Under the pieces are notes generated by a model, which made no database searches, was not told the origin of the DNA, and was given only the letters and a program-made list of their open reading frames with translations. The translations under genes and the position numbers were made by a program. A DNA stretch of 64,000 bases from Andalucia godoyi And28 (lineage: Eukaryota > Protista > Jakobida), in assembly GCA_009859145.1 (NCBI GenBank), contig VRVR01000034.1, positions 233,822-297,821 of the forward strand, read 5' to 3'. The stretch's first letter is position 1. Every line of letters begins with the position of its first letter. This document shows, piece after piece, positions 31,834-41,846 of the stretch.

Positions 31834-33858
31834 ATGGCCTCTACTTCAAAATCTGCATCGAGTGAGGGAGGAGCTGGGGGACGTGAACCGGTACTGGTGT
31901 GGAAAAACGTGTCGTTCCGGGTGAAGGAGAGTCGGATTCTGCATGACGTTTCTGGGACCTTGTTCAAAGGGGAGGTTGCGTGTATTTTGGGCTCGTCGGG
32001 TGCTGGAAAGTCGACTTTGCTGGACTCGCTTTCGGGCAGACTGCGGACTGGAGAGGTTACGGGGCAGGTGAAATATCTTGTTCCTTCTTCCCGAGTGGGG
32101 TACATCCAGCAGCAGGACGTGCTTTTGGCGACGGCCTCGACTCGCGAGACGCTTGAATATGCAGCGAAACTGTCCAATTTGCAGGAACCGGAGATTTCAG
32201 AGCGTGTCGTATCCGTGCTGAGAGATCTGGGGCTGTCGTCGTGTGCGGACGTCAAAGCCGGCGGGGCGATGATCCGCGGGCTCTCGGGAGGACAGAGGCG
32301 CAGGCTCAGCATCGGAATTGCGCTGATTAAAGGCGCAGATGTGTTGTTGCTGGACGAGATTACCTCAGGACTGGATTCGTTTTCGGCATTGAAGGTCATC
32401 CAGCTGCTGCGGACGCTTGCAGACACGAAGGGTTGCACGTGCATTTGCACAGTGCACCAGCCGTCATTTGAGCTTTTGAAGCTGTTCGACAAAATCATTT
32501 TGATGGCTAAAGGAAGAATGGCATATTACGGCCCAGTGGACGGCGCCATTCCGCACTTTGAAAGTATTGGGCATCCCGTTCCGCCACTGACAAACCCCGC
32601 GGATTACATGCTCAGCATCACGTCTCCGATGAGTGTTTATTCGTTGCATGATCGCGATGGTAGCGAAGGCGATGCAGCCAAAGAAAAGGAGGATGAAGAG
32701 GCGCTGCAGCGACAGTCCGTTGCGGATGCAAAGTACGTGGCAATCATGCAGCAATTTTGGGATGCCGCGCCGCGTGAACAACCGGAGGTCATTGATGCTG
32801 CGCTAAAGAATCCCAAGGGGTTTATGATCGAGCATGGAAACGGGCTGAAGCAGTCGGGCAATTCGCTGTTCCCCATGTCCTTCAAGGATTGCATGGGCCC
32901 GCAATCGATCGCATCCCCTGCATCCCCAACATCCCCTGCTTCTACGGCGCCGTCTGCCATTGACGTTGCGTTCCAGAGCCAACAGACAGATCCGCAAAGT
33001 GCTCCGCAGGTTCGAAGCAGCACGGCTCCACTTCCCGTCCAGTTTGCAGTCTTGTTTAAACGAACATTGCGAAATTACACGCGTGACCCAATCCTGCTGT
33101 CTACACAAGTGGTTTCGTATTTGTTCATGTCTGTGTTTGTTGGGCTGCTGTATCTTCAAATTGGGGACAACCAAGCTTCCGTTTACAAGCGAGTTGCCTC
33201 GTTTTTCATGTCGCTGTGCACATTTGCTTTTGTCCCTTCACTCTCCATCATTGCTTCGTTCCCTGCGGAACGTGCCGTGTTCTGGAAAGAGCGAGAAGAC
33301 TCCATGTATTCCTCATTGTCCTACTATGCCGCCTATGTTGCGGCGACCTTTCCTTTTGAGGCATTCTACGTCTTTCTCTATTCTGTCATTTCGTATTTCA
33401 TGATTGGATACGACTACCATGACGCCAGCAAGTTTTTTGCGTATTTTGGAATTCTGCTGCTTTTTGAACAGGTGAACTCGGCCCTGTCGCTGACGCTCGC
33501 TGCAGTTTCCAAGACCGTGGATGTCGGCAACTTGCTAGCGAGTATCGTCATCACGATCTTCGTTTCTGTGGGCGGCTTCGTGACGCAGTCCGACCAGATT
33601 GGCTGGTGGTTTTACCCGTTCAAGTACACCTCCTTTTTCTTGTATGCGCAAGAAGCCTTGTCGCACAATGAGTTTCAAGGCGCCACGTTCACTTGCTCGG
33701 AAACAGCCTGCATCTCGACCGGACAGCAAGCACTCGACACATTCGGATACACCGTACTGTCCCTCACTGGCGACTGCATGGTCCTCCTGGGAATGATGGT
33801 CTTCTATCGAATCATTGGCTACATTGCTGTCTCCAAGTGCCGTTTTGGACAGAGTTGA
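31834..33858 (+). CDS. ABCG-family half transporter
   Basis: Walker A GSSGAGKS, signature LSGGQRRR, Walker B LLLDE and H-loop VHQP, followed by a C-terminal 6-TM domain. Confidence 0.95.
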   Translation: MASTSKSASSEGGAGGREPVLVWKNVSFRVKESRILHDVSGTLFKGEVACILGSSGAGKSTLLDSLSGRLRTGEVTGQVKYLVPSSRVGYIQQQDVLLATASTRETLEYAAKLSNLQEPEISERVVSVLRDLGLSSCADVKAGGAMIRGLSGGQRRRLSIGIALIKGADVLLLDEITSGLDSFSALKVIQLLRTLADTKGCTCICTVHQPSFELLKLFDKIILMAKGRMAYYGPVDGAIPHFESIGHPVPPLTNPADYMLSITSPMSVYSLHDRDGSEGDAAKEKEDEEALQRQSVADAKYVAIMQQFWDAAPREQPEVIDAALKNPKGFMIEHGNGLKQSGNSLFPMSFKDCMGPQSIASPASPTSPASTAPSAIDVAFQSQQTDPQSAPQVRSSTAPLPVQFAVLFKRTLRNYTRDPILLSTQVVSYLFMSVFVGLLYLQIGDNQASVYKRVASFFMSLCTFAFVPSLSIIASFPAERAVFWKEREDSMYSSLSYYAAYVAATFPFEAFYVFLYSVISYFMIGYDYHDASKFFAYFGILLLFEQVNSALSLTLAAVSKTVDVGNLLASIVITIFVSVGGFVTQSDQIGWWFYPFKYTSFFLYAQEALSHNEFQGATFTCSETACISTGQQALDTFGYTVLSLTGDCMVLLGMMVFYRIIGYIAVSKCRFGQS

Positions 33859-34162
33859 TAACGGCAACAGAAGAAAATTCTGCTCTTGCATCCATCTCAC
33901 TCTCACTGGCTCCTCCGTAGGCCCTACTTGTGCTTGTTAAACCCAAATTCCAAAACAAAAACAAAAACAAGAATATAAAAAGGACGCGACGAATCGAACG
34001 TAGACCTGCTTTCAAAAACAGATGGAGAAGGGACAACGCGTGGACGTTTCGTTTGCCACTTCCTCGAGGTTTCATGATAGCATGATTTTTTTGTGTTTCT
34101 CCTTCTTTCTTTTTTGGTTGTTTTCGCAAGTCGGTTGGAACAAAGGGAGGAAGCCAAAGATC

Positions 34163-34504
34163 ATGGCGCTTCGAGATCCGCGGTCTGAGCAGCTCGAGAT
34201 CCGCGAAGATACTCGCAAGTACTTTGCAACACCTCTATTCGACAAGGTTGGATCTGCAATGAATGCTGTTCTTTCGCTGATTCGATATGTGTTTCAAGGA
34301 GCAAAGCAGCACGATTTGATGGTTTCGTCTGTGAAATCCTTTGCGTCGCTCGGGGCTAGTATTGAAAAGCAGGAAAAGTCAATGGCAACGCTTGAATCGG
34401 CAATCAAGGAATTACACCAGACCATGCTCATCACGGAGCAGTCGGTAGCCGTTCTGCACGAACTCACCGCCACGATCCCTCCTCAGCATCTTCTCTCTGA
34501 GTAG
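34163..34504 (+). CDS. BORCS7: BLOC-1-related complex subunit 7-like
   Basis: LFDKVGSAMNAVLSLIRYVFQGAKQHDLMVSSVKSFA aligns by eye with BORCS7 LTEKVTTCGTDVIALTKQVLKGSRSSELLGQAARNMV. It is a 113-aa coiled coil. Confidence 0.65.
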   Translation: MALRDPRSEQLEIREDTRKYFATPLFDKVGSAMNAVLSLIRYVFQGAKQHDLMVSSVKSFASLGASIEKQEKSMATLESAIKELHQTMLITEQSVAVLHELTATIPPQHLLSE

Positions 34505-34606
34505 CCAGTTCATACGCTCTCCCCCCCAACATCCACACCCCATTCTCATCCTCATCCTCTCATCCCTTTTGACGTTTTCTGTTTTATCCTTTCTAATAAT
34601 TTAAAT

Positions 34607-34616
34607 TATGATGATG

Positions 34617-34648
<32 letters not shown>

Positions 34649-34661
34649 GATGATGGTGATG
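34607..34661. repeat. (GAT)n microsatellite
   Basis: Read directly. Confidence 0.9.
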
Positions 34662-34811
34662 AACACGATATTTCAGGAATTCTGGAAAGGCATGTTTACT
34701 TGTAAAGAATGGAGAGCATGAAGAAGGACAGCAAACCAGCACCCAATCAGGCACGAACGCAGGTGCATGGGCTGTGGGGACTGGGGAAGGGGGCGGGAGG
34801 ACCGACCAGAT

Positions 34812-36159
34812 TCAAAGCATGACGATGTCCGAAGGGAATTCGTGGAGAACAACAACACCCGGCATCGCAGCCTTGATGGATTCGCAGTATCCAAACCAGA
34901 AGATCACTGCGCCTTCCTTGTACCGCGCGACGTATGCCTTCATTTGCTCGGATATCTTTTCGCGAACGGTCTCTGGGTCTCCAAACGAAGCCTTTGAGTC
35001 GATCCAGTGGACCGCAGTCCACGCCTCCGAGCCATCTTCCCGGACATGTTTGACCGAAAAGGGCCGTTTCAAAAGCAGATCCGGTGTCTTTTGCGCACCG
35101 TCTTTCCGCAAATCATGCTCTGTGTCGCACGGTATTCCAAGGAGCTTGACATACCCAAGAAGCTTCTGTTCGTACTCCGCGCCGTATATTCGCAAGACGT
35201 GGTAGTGAAGTGGTGAGAAGTGATAGTCGATGCGCGCACACTCCAGCACCTGCGATTGCAAAGCCTCGGGAATCTCAAGAAGGTCACCACCACCACCACC
35301 ACCACCACCACCGCCATCGCGGGTCGGAGCATGATACGCGCCGTCGACAAACAAGTCGCTTCGATACAGCTTCATTTCCTCCAGAATGCGACGACATAAC
35401 ATCCACGGCGACAACCGGACGTGCTGATGCCGCGGTGTTGAAAAGCCTCGCAGCGCCAAGTCCGCAATCGTTCTTCCCGACGTCCTCCATCTGCATCCCT
35501 TCACCCGCAAAACAAATTCAAGCAGGTTTAAGAATTAAAAATAAAAAATACCAAAAAAAAACCAACAACAAAAATCAAACATTACGTAAGTCCATACCGT
35601 ACAGACATATATATAATGGACAAGACCAGGGTTGCAATGCACACGAAAGCATCACCAGCGGCGGCGTGCGTGCGAGTATGAATGACATACACATCTGCGA
35701 GAAATGATCCTTGTGAAGAGTGTGATTTGATTCGGAACAAGGAGCGGTTCGTCATATTCAGAATATGCGCATCATATATGAAAAACAGCTGATCCACCGT
35801 TATTCTTACGTATCATTGCGTGTTTTTGTTTTTGGTAATGTTTTTGTGAAAGAACGGCATCACATAGAAAGAATGAATGAAAATGCATAGGTTAGAATCG
35901 ACGTGGAATTATCGAATATTGGTGTACTCCTTTTGTGCTTGCTTCTCGTCGCTTGGTTGGACGAGACTAGGCTGGGGATAGGGTCAGGTTAGGCGAGGTG
36001 AAAAATGAAAAAGGAGACGTACGAAAAAGCATCGGCTAATGCAGTGGTGATGGGGAATTGCAGAGAACGGGCGGCCTCTCGGTCCAGTTGGTCAATCAAT
36101 TCACGGTACTCTGAATCCGATAGCACTGATTTCACTCGAGATGCTAACCGAATCTCCAT
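34812..36159 (-). CDS. CDIN1: CDIN1/C15orf41-like PD-(D/E)XK nuclease; about 4 exons
   Basis: KTPDLLL, VHWIDSKASFG and GAVIFWFGY are present. Upstream exons can be joined with GTACGT, GTACAC and GTATGT donors (MEIRLA...SDSEYRELIDQL; ITVDQLFFIY). The exact internal boundaries are inferred. Confidence 0.85.
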
Positions 36160-36624
36160 CGATCTGAGATTCCTTGCTGATGATGCCTAAAGTGCACGCA
36201 TACATGCATACTGGACGTTCGTCATTTCGTGAGCGGCAACGCCATGTGCATTTCTGTGCCAGGTGCGCTGCTGACGACCCCATCTTCGGGAATTTTCGGG
36301 GATTTTTTTTTGGTTTTTCGGAGAATTCGGGGGAGCGGGCATTTTAATGCAGAAAAGGGGTGGATTGACGCTCGTTGATTGCCTCATACTACGGCAGGTA
36401 GACCCCATTTGCAGTGCTGCGCAGTGAGGACCAACGAAGCACGCCAACAGCGCACGTCACCAGGCACAAGGTTTTCTTTTCGGAAAACATGCCATCTGAA
36501 ACCGTTCTTGTCGATAAGCACGAGCCTACGTGCTTGACGGTATGTGCCTTCAACGATGCACAGCGAACGACGTGCGGTTCTTTACAAAATATAACCAACC
36601 ATTCAAAGTATACATTGAGCACGC

Positions 36625-39600
36625 TCAAAATCGACCGAGTCGCTTTCCGACCGCAGCGCTTTTCGCAAGGGTGTGGCCATCGAGGTTGACGAAATCGCGG
36701 GGAACAATAACAAAGGAGTCTGAAATGGGGCCGCCCGTGCTCGCCATTTGGCGCTGGGCAAGGACGTCCGCAACGACCCGTCTCTTTATCTCATGCATCT
36801 GGAATGCTCGCGGGCCGTAAGTAGCATTCTGCGGACTAGTGGCAGACGCACCTGGACCTGGACCTGGACCTGCACTGTGCACAAGATTCCGCAGCGGGCT
36901 GAAAGACCGCGACTGGGGTCGCACTCCAGAAGGCGTGGAGCTGCGAACGTTCATATCCAGTTGATGTGGGGACGAGGCATATCTTGATGTTCCTTCCATG
37001 ACTGTTTGTGGACGATGATTTTGCCGTTCCAATGAAGCTTCTTGAGGAAGCTTTGACGGGTATCCAAGCGCAGAGGACAGCCTGCGTTTCGATTTCTTTC
37101 GACGCTTGCCTTTCTTCTTGGAAGAGTTGTCGCCGGTCAAGTGGTCCTCAAGATCATCTTGGGCAGCATACTGCCGTCGCATTTCTTGCTTATCGTCCGC
37201 AGACCCATCGCCATCTGAATCCGCCTCGGCGAAATGGCTGGCTGTCATCAGAATGCCAGATCCCACAGACTTGCCGGAGCGACCTGCAGGTCTGTCTGCG
37301 GAAGACGCAGCCGAATCTGGGACGTGGTCTGTGTCCGAGGTCTCTGTGGCTTCTCGCGGAAGTCTGCGAGCCAGGACGGAGTTTTCCATGGGAGATCGAG
37401 TCTGCTGCAACGAACGGAACACAAGTGCGCTGCTCAGCTTTGCCGGGCTCGCATTGGACGGCTCAGGAGACGGCGCAATTGTAACGTGATGGGCTTGCTT
37501 GGCAGATTTTGGAAGACCGGGAGACTGTGAATTGCGAGCCTGTGCGAACAACCGAGTCTCCTCGTCTTGAATCCTGGCATGCTGGTTACGGCTGCTCCCG
37601 TGCAAATTCAGAGATTGGTCCACCAACGCCTGCAGCGCGCTTTCTTCTTCTGCTCGAGTTCTTATCGGCGTATGGTTTGTTCTTTCACTCAACGGAACAG
37701 CAAACGACAGCGATCCAGCCTGCTCATTCAATGCCTCCATGCGCAGCAAGTTGTTTGACCTTTCGGCAGCGGGCGGTGAAAACTGTGGCGATCCGGCAGA
37801 TGGCGAAGAAAATGTAGAGAACAGCACGGTGTCCTTGACAAACGGAGAGTCTTCTGACTTGACAGGTTGGAATATAGATTTCGAGGATACCTTCGTCGGA
37901 GATTGCTCACCGTCGTCCGTGTCCGTAGCAGATCGCGATTTCTTGTGAAGAGCAGACCTGGAGGGCTGCCTTCTTAGTGGATTTGGGGAAGAACCGTCGT
38001 TATCGACTGGCGAGCCTCGATCGCCCGCAAGCTCAGCAGAGAGAGTCACCTTGTCCAGAACAGCAGGCTTTTCGAGCATGCGAGACTGCTGCTGTCTCTC
38101 AATTTCCGCTGCCTTGTTCTCAATGTACGCATCTTCATCAATGTCATCCGAAAAGGCACATGTAGGAGACTGCTTTCCCGTCAGCCCGCTCACAGATAGG
38201 GCATTGAGAACCGTTCCACCGAGTGTTGCAACTGGCAGCGCGGACAGTTGGTGCGCAACGGATGGCAGTGTCGAAGACACTGGGACTCGGTAGGAATTTT
38301 GACGAGACAGCGCAAGTTTCATGTCGGTTTGCGTGAATACGGACGCCGTCTGGATCTTGCTTTGCTTTGATTGTTCGAGCATCGTCTGGATACTCGCATT
38401 CAGGGATTCAATCTTTGCTTCCGCTGCAGACAACTGGCTTCGCAGAACTCCCACTTGCTTGTGCGATCCATCCAGAGCCTTCTCAAGTTGTTCAATCAAG
38501 AAGTCCTTCACCATGGATTCAGCAACATCGTCTGTTCCAGCACTGCGGCCAGTGTCTCGAGACCGACGCAGAGAGCGGGCGGTTGCAGAAGCCATGGCCG
38601 CCTTCAGCTGCTCTCTTTCGCGCAATGCACTGACATCCGCCATGGCCAGATCAAGCGCTGCACGTAACGGGGACTTCGGAGGAAGGAGATCATCCAGCCG
38701 CCGACTTCGAATCGAATCACGCGGGGTATTCTCGGCAGTGGATTTCACAATCGTTCCAACGTCCAGATCGTCGTCGCCAACTGACTTCTCAGACTCGGCG
38801 CGCCTTGGGGAAGAATCCATTTGCATGGCCTGCAGGACATACTTGAGCGAGGATGGACCGGACGATGATGACGGATCTGCAGAATCGAGCGAAGCCTTCT
38901 CTCCCGGCTTTTCTGCATAGAACGATGACGACGGAGTTGCGGCGATGGAAGAAACTCCATTTGGATCCATGTTTGACGAACGAGAAAGTTCCTGCTCGAG
39001 GCCTCGCGACCTTTCAGACAGCTTGCGAACATCCGCTTCTAGCGAGTCAACCTTGGTTTTGAGCATTAGCTCGCGGGCTTTCCACACTTCATTTTCTCGA
39101 GAGATTTCTTCCTCAAGGTTTGCAATGCGCTCTTGCAACGTTAACCGCTGTCTTGCAAACTCGTCCTGCAATCTGGACTCCAGCTGGCTGGAAGCAGTTT
39201 TTTCGTTCTCCAACTTGGCCTCCATTTCCGCCTCCATCTTTTGCACTTCCCGCTGATGATTCTGCAACACCTCGTCCATAAAGGCCTCGTGCTCTTTCTT
39301 AAGTTCAGCAACGCGAGAGTGGGACGCTCGCTTGAACGCGCTGATCTTCGCCTCCATGTCAGTCTTTAAACTTTGCATCTTCTCTTCATACGACTTGATG
39401 AGTTCTGCTCTTTCTTGCCGCGTGAACTCCAGCAGCGGCTTGGATTTTGGCGAGCCCTGGTCCGCTTTCAAATGGTCATTCGAAGGCGATCTCGGAGTTC
39501 CTTCCGCCTTGTTGAGATACCGAACCTTTGCTTCCAAATCTGCAATTTTCCTGTGAGCAACGGTGCGCTCATCGTCCGACTGCTCCTTGAGCTTGTGATA

Positions 39601-40368
39601 CAAGGACGATACGTGATGGTGCTTTGCATCCAGCAACTGGAATTCAGCATTCTTCTTTTCCAGCGTCTCTTCCAGTTGCGCAACCTTTTTTCGGAAACTC
39701 TCGGCGCTCATGCTGGCTACTTGCTCCTTGTTTTGATAAATCTTCAGCGAGTCCTTGAGCTGCACGACCTCTGCATACTGTGCCGACTGCTGGCTCAGCT
39801 GCGTCTTCTGGACGGACTCCAGCCTGTCCGACTTATCCTCCAGTTGCTTCTTCATTTGCTCCACCTGCTGGTTCGCAGTGTACAACTGCTGTCGAAGCGT
39901 ACTTGCTGCCTTGTCCTTGAATGCCTGCGAGCTGACCGATTCTTTCACTTGCACCACCACTATGTCTTCAAAGCCCTTGATGACCGACCCTACTTTTGCA
40001 TTGAGCTCGTCAAACCACGCAAATTTCGACCCGCTTTTCTTCGGAAACGAAAACTCGGGAGACTCATTCGCCGCAGCCTCGGACCCCGCACTCGCATTCG
40101 GACTGCCGATGCCGAGTCCGAGTCCGAGTCCCGAGCCCAAGCCAGACGGCGGTGACTTATCCGCAGAGAGCGGCGAGAACACAGAGGAGGACCGGCTGCG
40201 TAACGACGAGGGGGCGCCCAGAAGCTTGGAAGAAGCGCCGGCGTCGAGCTTTGGAGTCTCAAATACTCCTGCTGCGCACTGCACAATCTTGCTGCGCGAA
40301 TTGGACAGCAAATCTTCCAGGACCGACACCACAGTTCCAAGTGGAACATGAGTTGAAGCCTCGTCCAT
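36625..40368 (-). CDS. Large coiled-coil/disordered protein of unknown function
   Basis: ~1247-codon ORF with a long heptad-rich N-terminal half and a Ser/Pro-rich C-terminal half. Confidence 0.8.
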   Translation of the reverse strand: MDEASTHVPLGTVVSVLEDLLSNSRSKIVQCAAGVFETPKLDAGASSKLLGAPSSLRSRSSSVFSPLSADKSPPSGLGSGLGLGLGIGSPNASAGSEAAANESPEFSFPKKSGSKFAWFDELNAKVGSVIKGFEDIVVVQVKESVSSQAFKDKAASTLRQQLYTANQQVEQMKKQLEDKSDRLESVQKTQLSQQSAQYAEVVQLKDSLKIYQNKEQVASMSAESFRKKVAQLEETLEKKNAEFQLLDAKHHHVSSLYHKLKEQSDDERTVAHRKIADLEAKVRYLNKAEGTPRSPSNDHLKADQGSPKSKPLLEFTRQERAELIKSYEEKMQSLKTDMEAKISAFKRASHSRVAELKKEHEAFMDEVLQNHQREVQKMEAEMEAKLENEKTASSQLESRLQDEFARQRLTLQERIANLEEEISRENEVWKARELMLKTKVDSLEADVRKLSERSRGLEQELSRSSNMDPNGVSSIAATPSSSFYAEKPGEKASLDSADPSSSSGPSSLKYVLQAMQMDSSPRRAESEKSVGDDDLDVGTIVKSTAENTPRDSIRSRRLDDLLPPKSPLRAALDLAMADVSALREREQLKAAMASATARSLRRSRDTGRSAGTDDVAESMVKDFLIEQLEKALDGSHKQVGVLRSQLSAAEAKIESLNASIQTMLEQSKQSKIQTASVFTQTDMKLALSRQNSYRVPVSSTLPSVAHQLSALPVATLGGTVLNALSVSGLTGKQSPTCAFSDDIDEDAYIENKAAEIERQQQSRMLEKPAVLDKVTLSAELAGDRGSPVDNDGSSPNPLRRQPSRSALHKKSRSATDTDDGEQSPTKVSSKSIFQPVKSEDSPFVKDTVLFSTFSSPSAGSPQFSPPAAERSNNLLRMEALNEQAGSLSFAVPLSERTNHTPIRTRAEEESALQALVDQSLNLHGSSRNQHARIQDEETRLFAQARNSQSPGLPKSAKQAHHVTIAPSPEPSNASPAKLSSALVFRSLQQTRSPMENSVLARRLPREATETSDTDHVPDSAASSADRPAGRSGKSVGSGILMTASHFAEADSDGDGSADDKQEMRRQYAAQDDLEDHLTGDNSSKKKGKRRKKSKRRLSSALGYPSKLPQEASLERQNHRPQTVMEGTSRYASSPHQLDMNVRSSTPSGVRPQSRSFSPLRNLVHSAGPGPGPGASATSPQNATYGPRAFQMHEIKRRVVADVLAQRQMASTGGPISDSFVIVPRDFVNLDGHTLAKSAAVGKRLGRF

Positions 40369-41137
40369 GATCCTCAAAGGTTACCCGGAGCGCTTTGTTT
40401 TCCTTTTGGATTTTGTCTTTTTCGTCTTTTGTCTTGTTTTGTTTTTGAAACCGCGTGGACTACCTTGGGAACACAAAAACAAACCAAGTGGAAGAAGGGC
40501 CAATGTTTGCGGGGTTAGCGTGGGTGGATAACACAAACACGGCAATATACAGAACAGCCAGTAACAAAAGAAAGAAGTCCTATTGCTGAAATCTGCCTTT
40601 TTTGTTTTTGCTTTCGTTGTGTAAAAACAGTTCATTTAGCTTTTTTGCTGTGGTTGTTGGGATATGCTTGGTACAAATATCGGGGGGTTCTGGCTGTGCG
40701 ATGATGCTGTCTGAGCTTGTGACAACTCCCAAACCGTTTCTTTCTTGTCCTGCCGGACGCTCGACCATGTGTCGGCGTCCATCATGGCCCAGAATCTGCC
40801 GAGACACGACTGCAAACGATTCTGCTCGTACAGTTTCCTCAGAAAAAAATGTTGCTCGAAGCATCAAGCCTCAGGCATCACGTCTGTCGTTGACAGCAAA
40901 CAAAACGAAGCCAGCCCCATTCCTGCTTTCCGTTTCGATAGCAACATCACTGCCATTATCATTTTGCCATTACTATTACTATTGCTATTGCTATTACTAT
41001 TTCTTATTATTGTTATTATTACTGCTGTAATAGAAGTACAATAAGAACGGGAGGAAAATCAAACCGAAATACCAAACGGAAAGGATAAAAAACAAGAAAA
41101 ATAAAGAGAGGAAAAGCAGTATAGAAGGGAAAAAAAG

Positions 41138-41479
41138 ATGGATTCCGACGAGGCGGTTGAGCGAGTGGTGTTTCGGCCTGAAGAAGTATCTGAGCTTGTG
41201 ACGGAGTGCATTGAGTCGACGATCAAGACTGCGGTGTACAACACATCCAAGGTCGACCAGTGGACATCGTCGATCATCGAAGCGTGTCTTAAGAAGCTGT
41301 CTTCGCTCAACATCCCTTTCAAGTACATCGTCACTTGCATCGTTATGCAGCGTACCGGCGCCGGAATCCACTCGGCTTGCGCGGCATTCTGGGACACTCA
41401 ATCAGACGCTGTATGCAACGTCAAGTGGGAAAACGACTCGATGCAGTGCATCGTCTCCGTATACGGTCTTGCCATCTGA
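41138..41479 (+). CDS. DYNLT1: Dynein light chain, Tctex-1 type
   Basis: YNTSKVDQWTSSIIEACLKKL, FKYIVTCIVMQRTGAGIHSACAAFWD and KWENDSMQCIVSVYG. Confidence 0.95.
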   Translation: MDSDEAVERVVFRPEEVSELVTECIESTIKTAVYNTSKVDQWTSSIIEACLKKLSSLNIPFKYIVTCIVMQRTGAGIHSACAAFWDTQSDAVCNVKWENDSMQCIVSVYGLAI

Positions 41480-41846
41480 TACTGATACTGTTATATTATA
41501 TTCCCCCCCTCCCCTCTCTCTGCTCACCTACTGTAAAAAAAAAAGACAACGACCCAGAATCCAGACATTTTCATCTGCTGTAGTGGTATTGTGCTCTGGC
41601 ATCGTATCCGGGACCAAAACTGCATTTCAGAAGCTCTTTTTTCTTCTGCAGCTTCCGTAGTTCGCAAGGTAATTTAGACCGAATCGAGCTGTCAACTTGT
41701 TTTTTCGTATTATATATATTTTTCCTGTTTATTCATATATATATATATATATATATATATTTGGTGTCAGAAAGGAAAGCAAGCCAGTACTGGGGGCTTT
41801 TTTTGCGGTGATTATCAAGGGTTTCGGGGAGTAAGTGGCACAGACG

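Noticed and set aside
34812-36159. CDIN1 nuclease as part of a defence or mobile module
   Set aside because: It is an ordinary conserved, intron-containing eukaryotic gene flanked by housekeeping genes, with no repeats or element ends.
40580-40960. Minus frame with one TGA (DRRDA*GLMLR) and an SRP-like GAAACGGAAAGCAGG string
   Set aside because: The frame is short, and the helix-8 stem and upstream CAGG of SRP RNA do not form.
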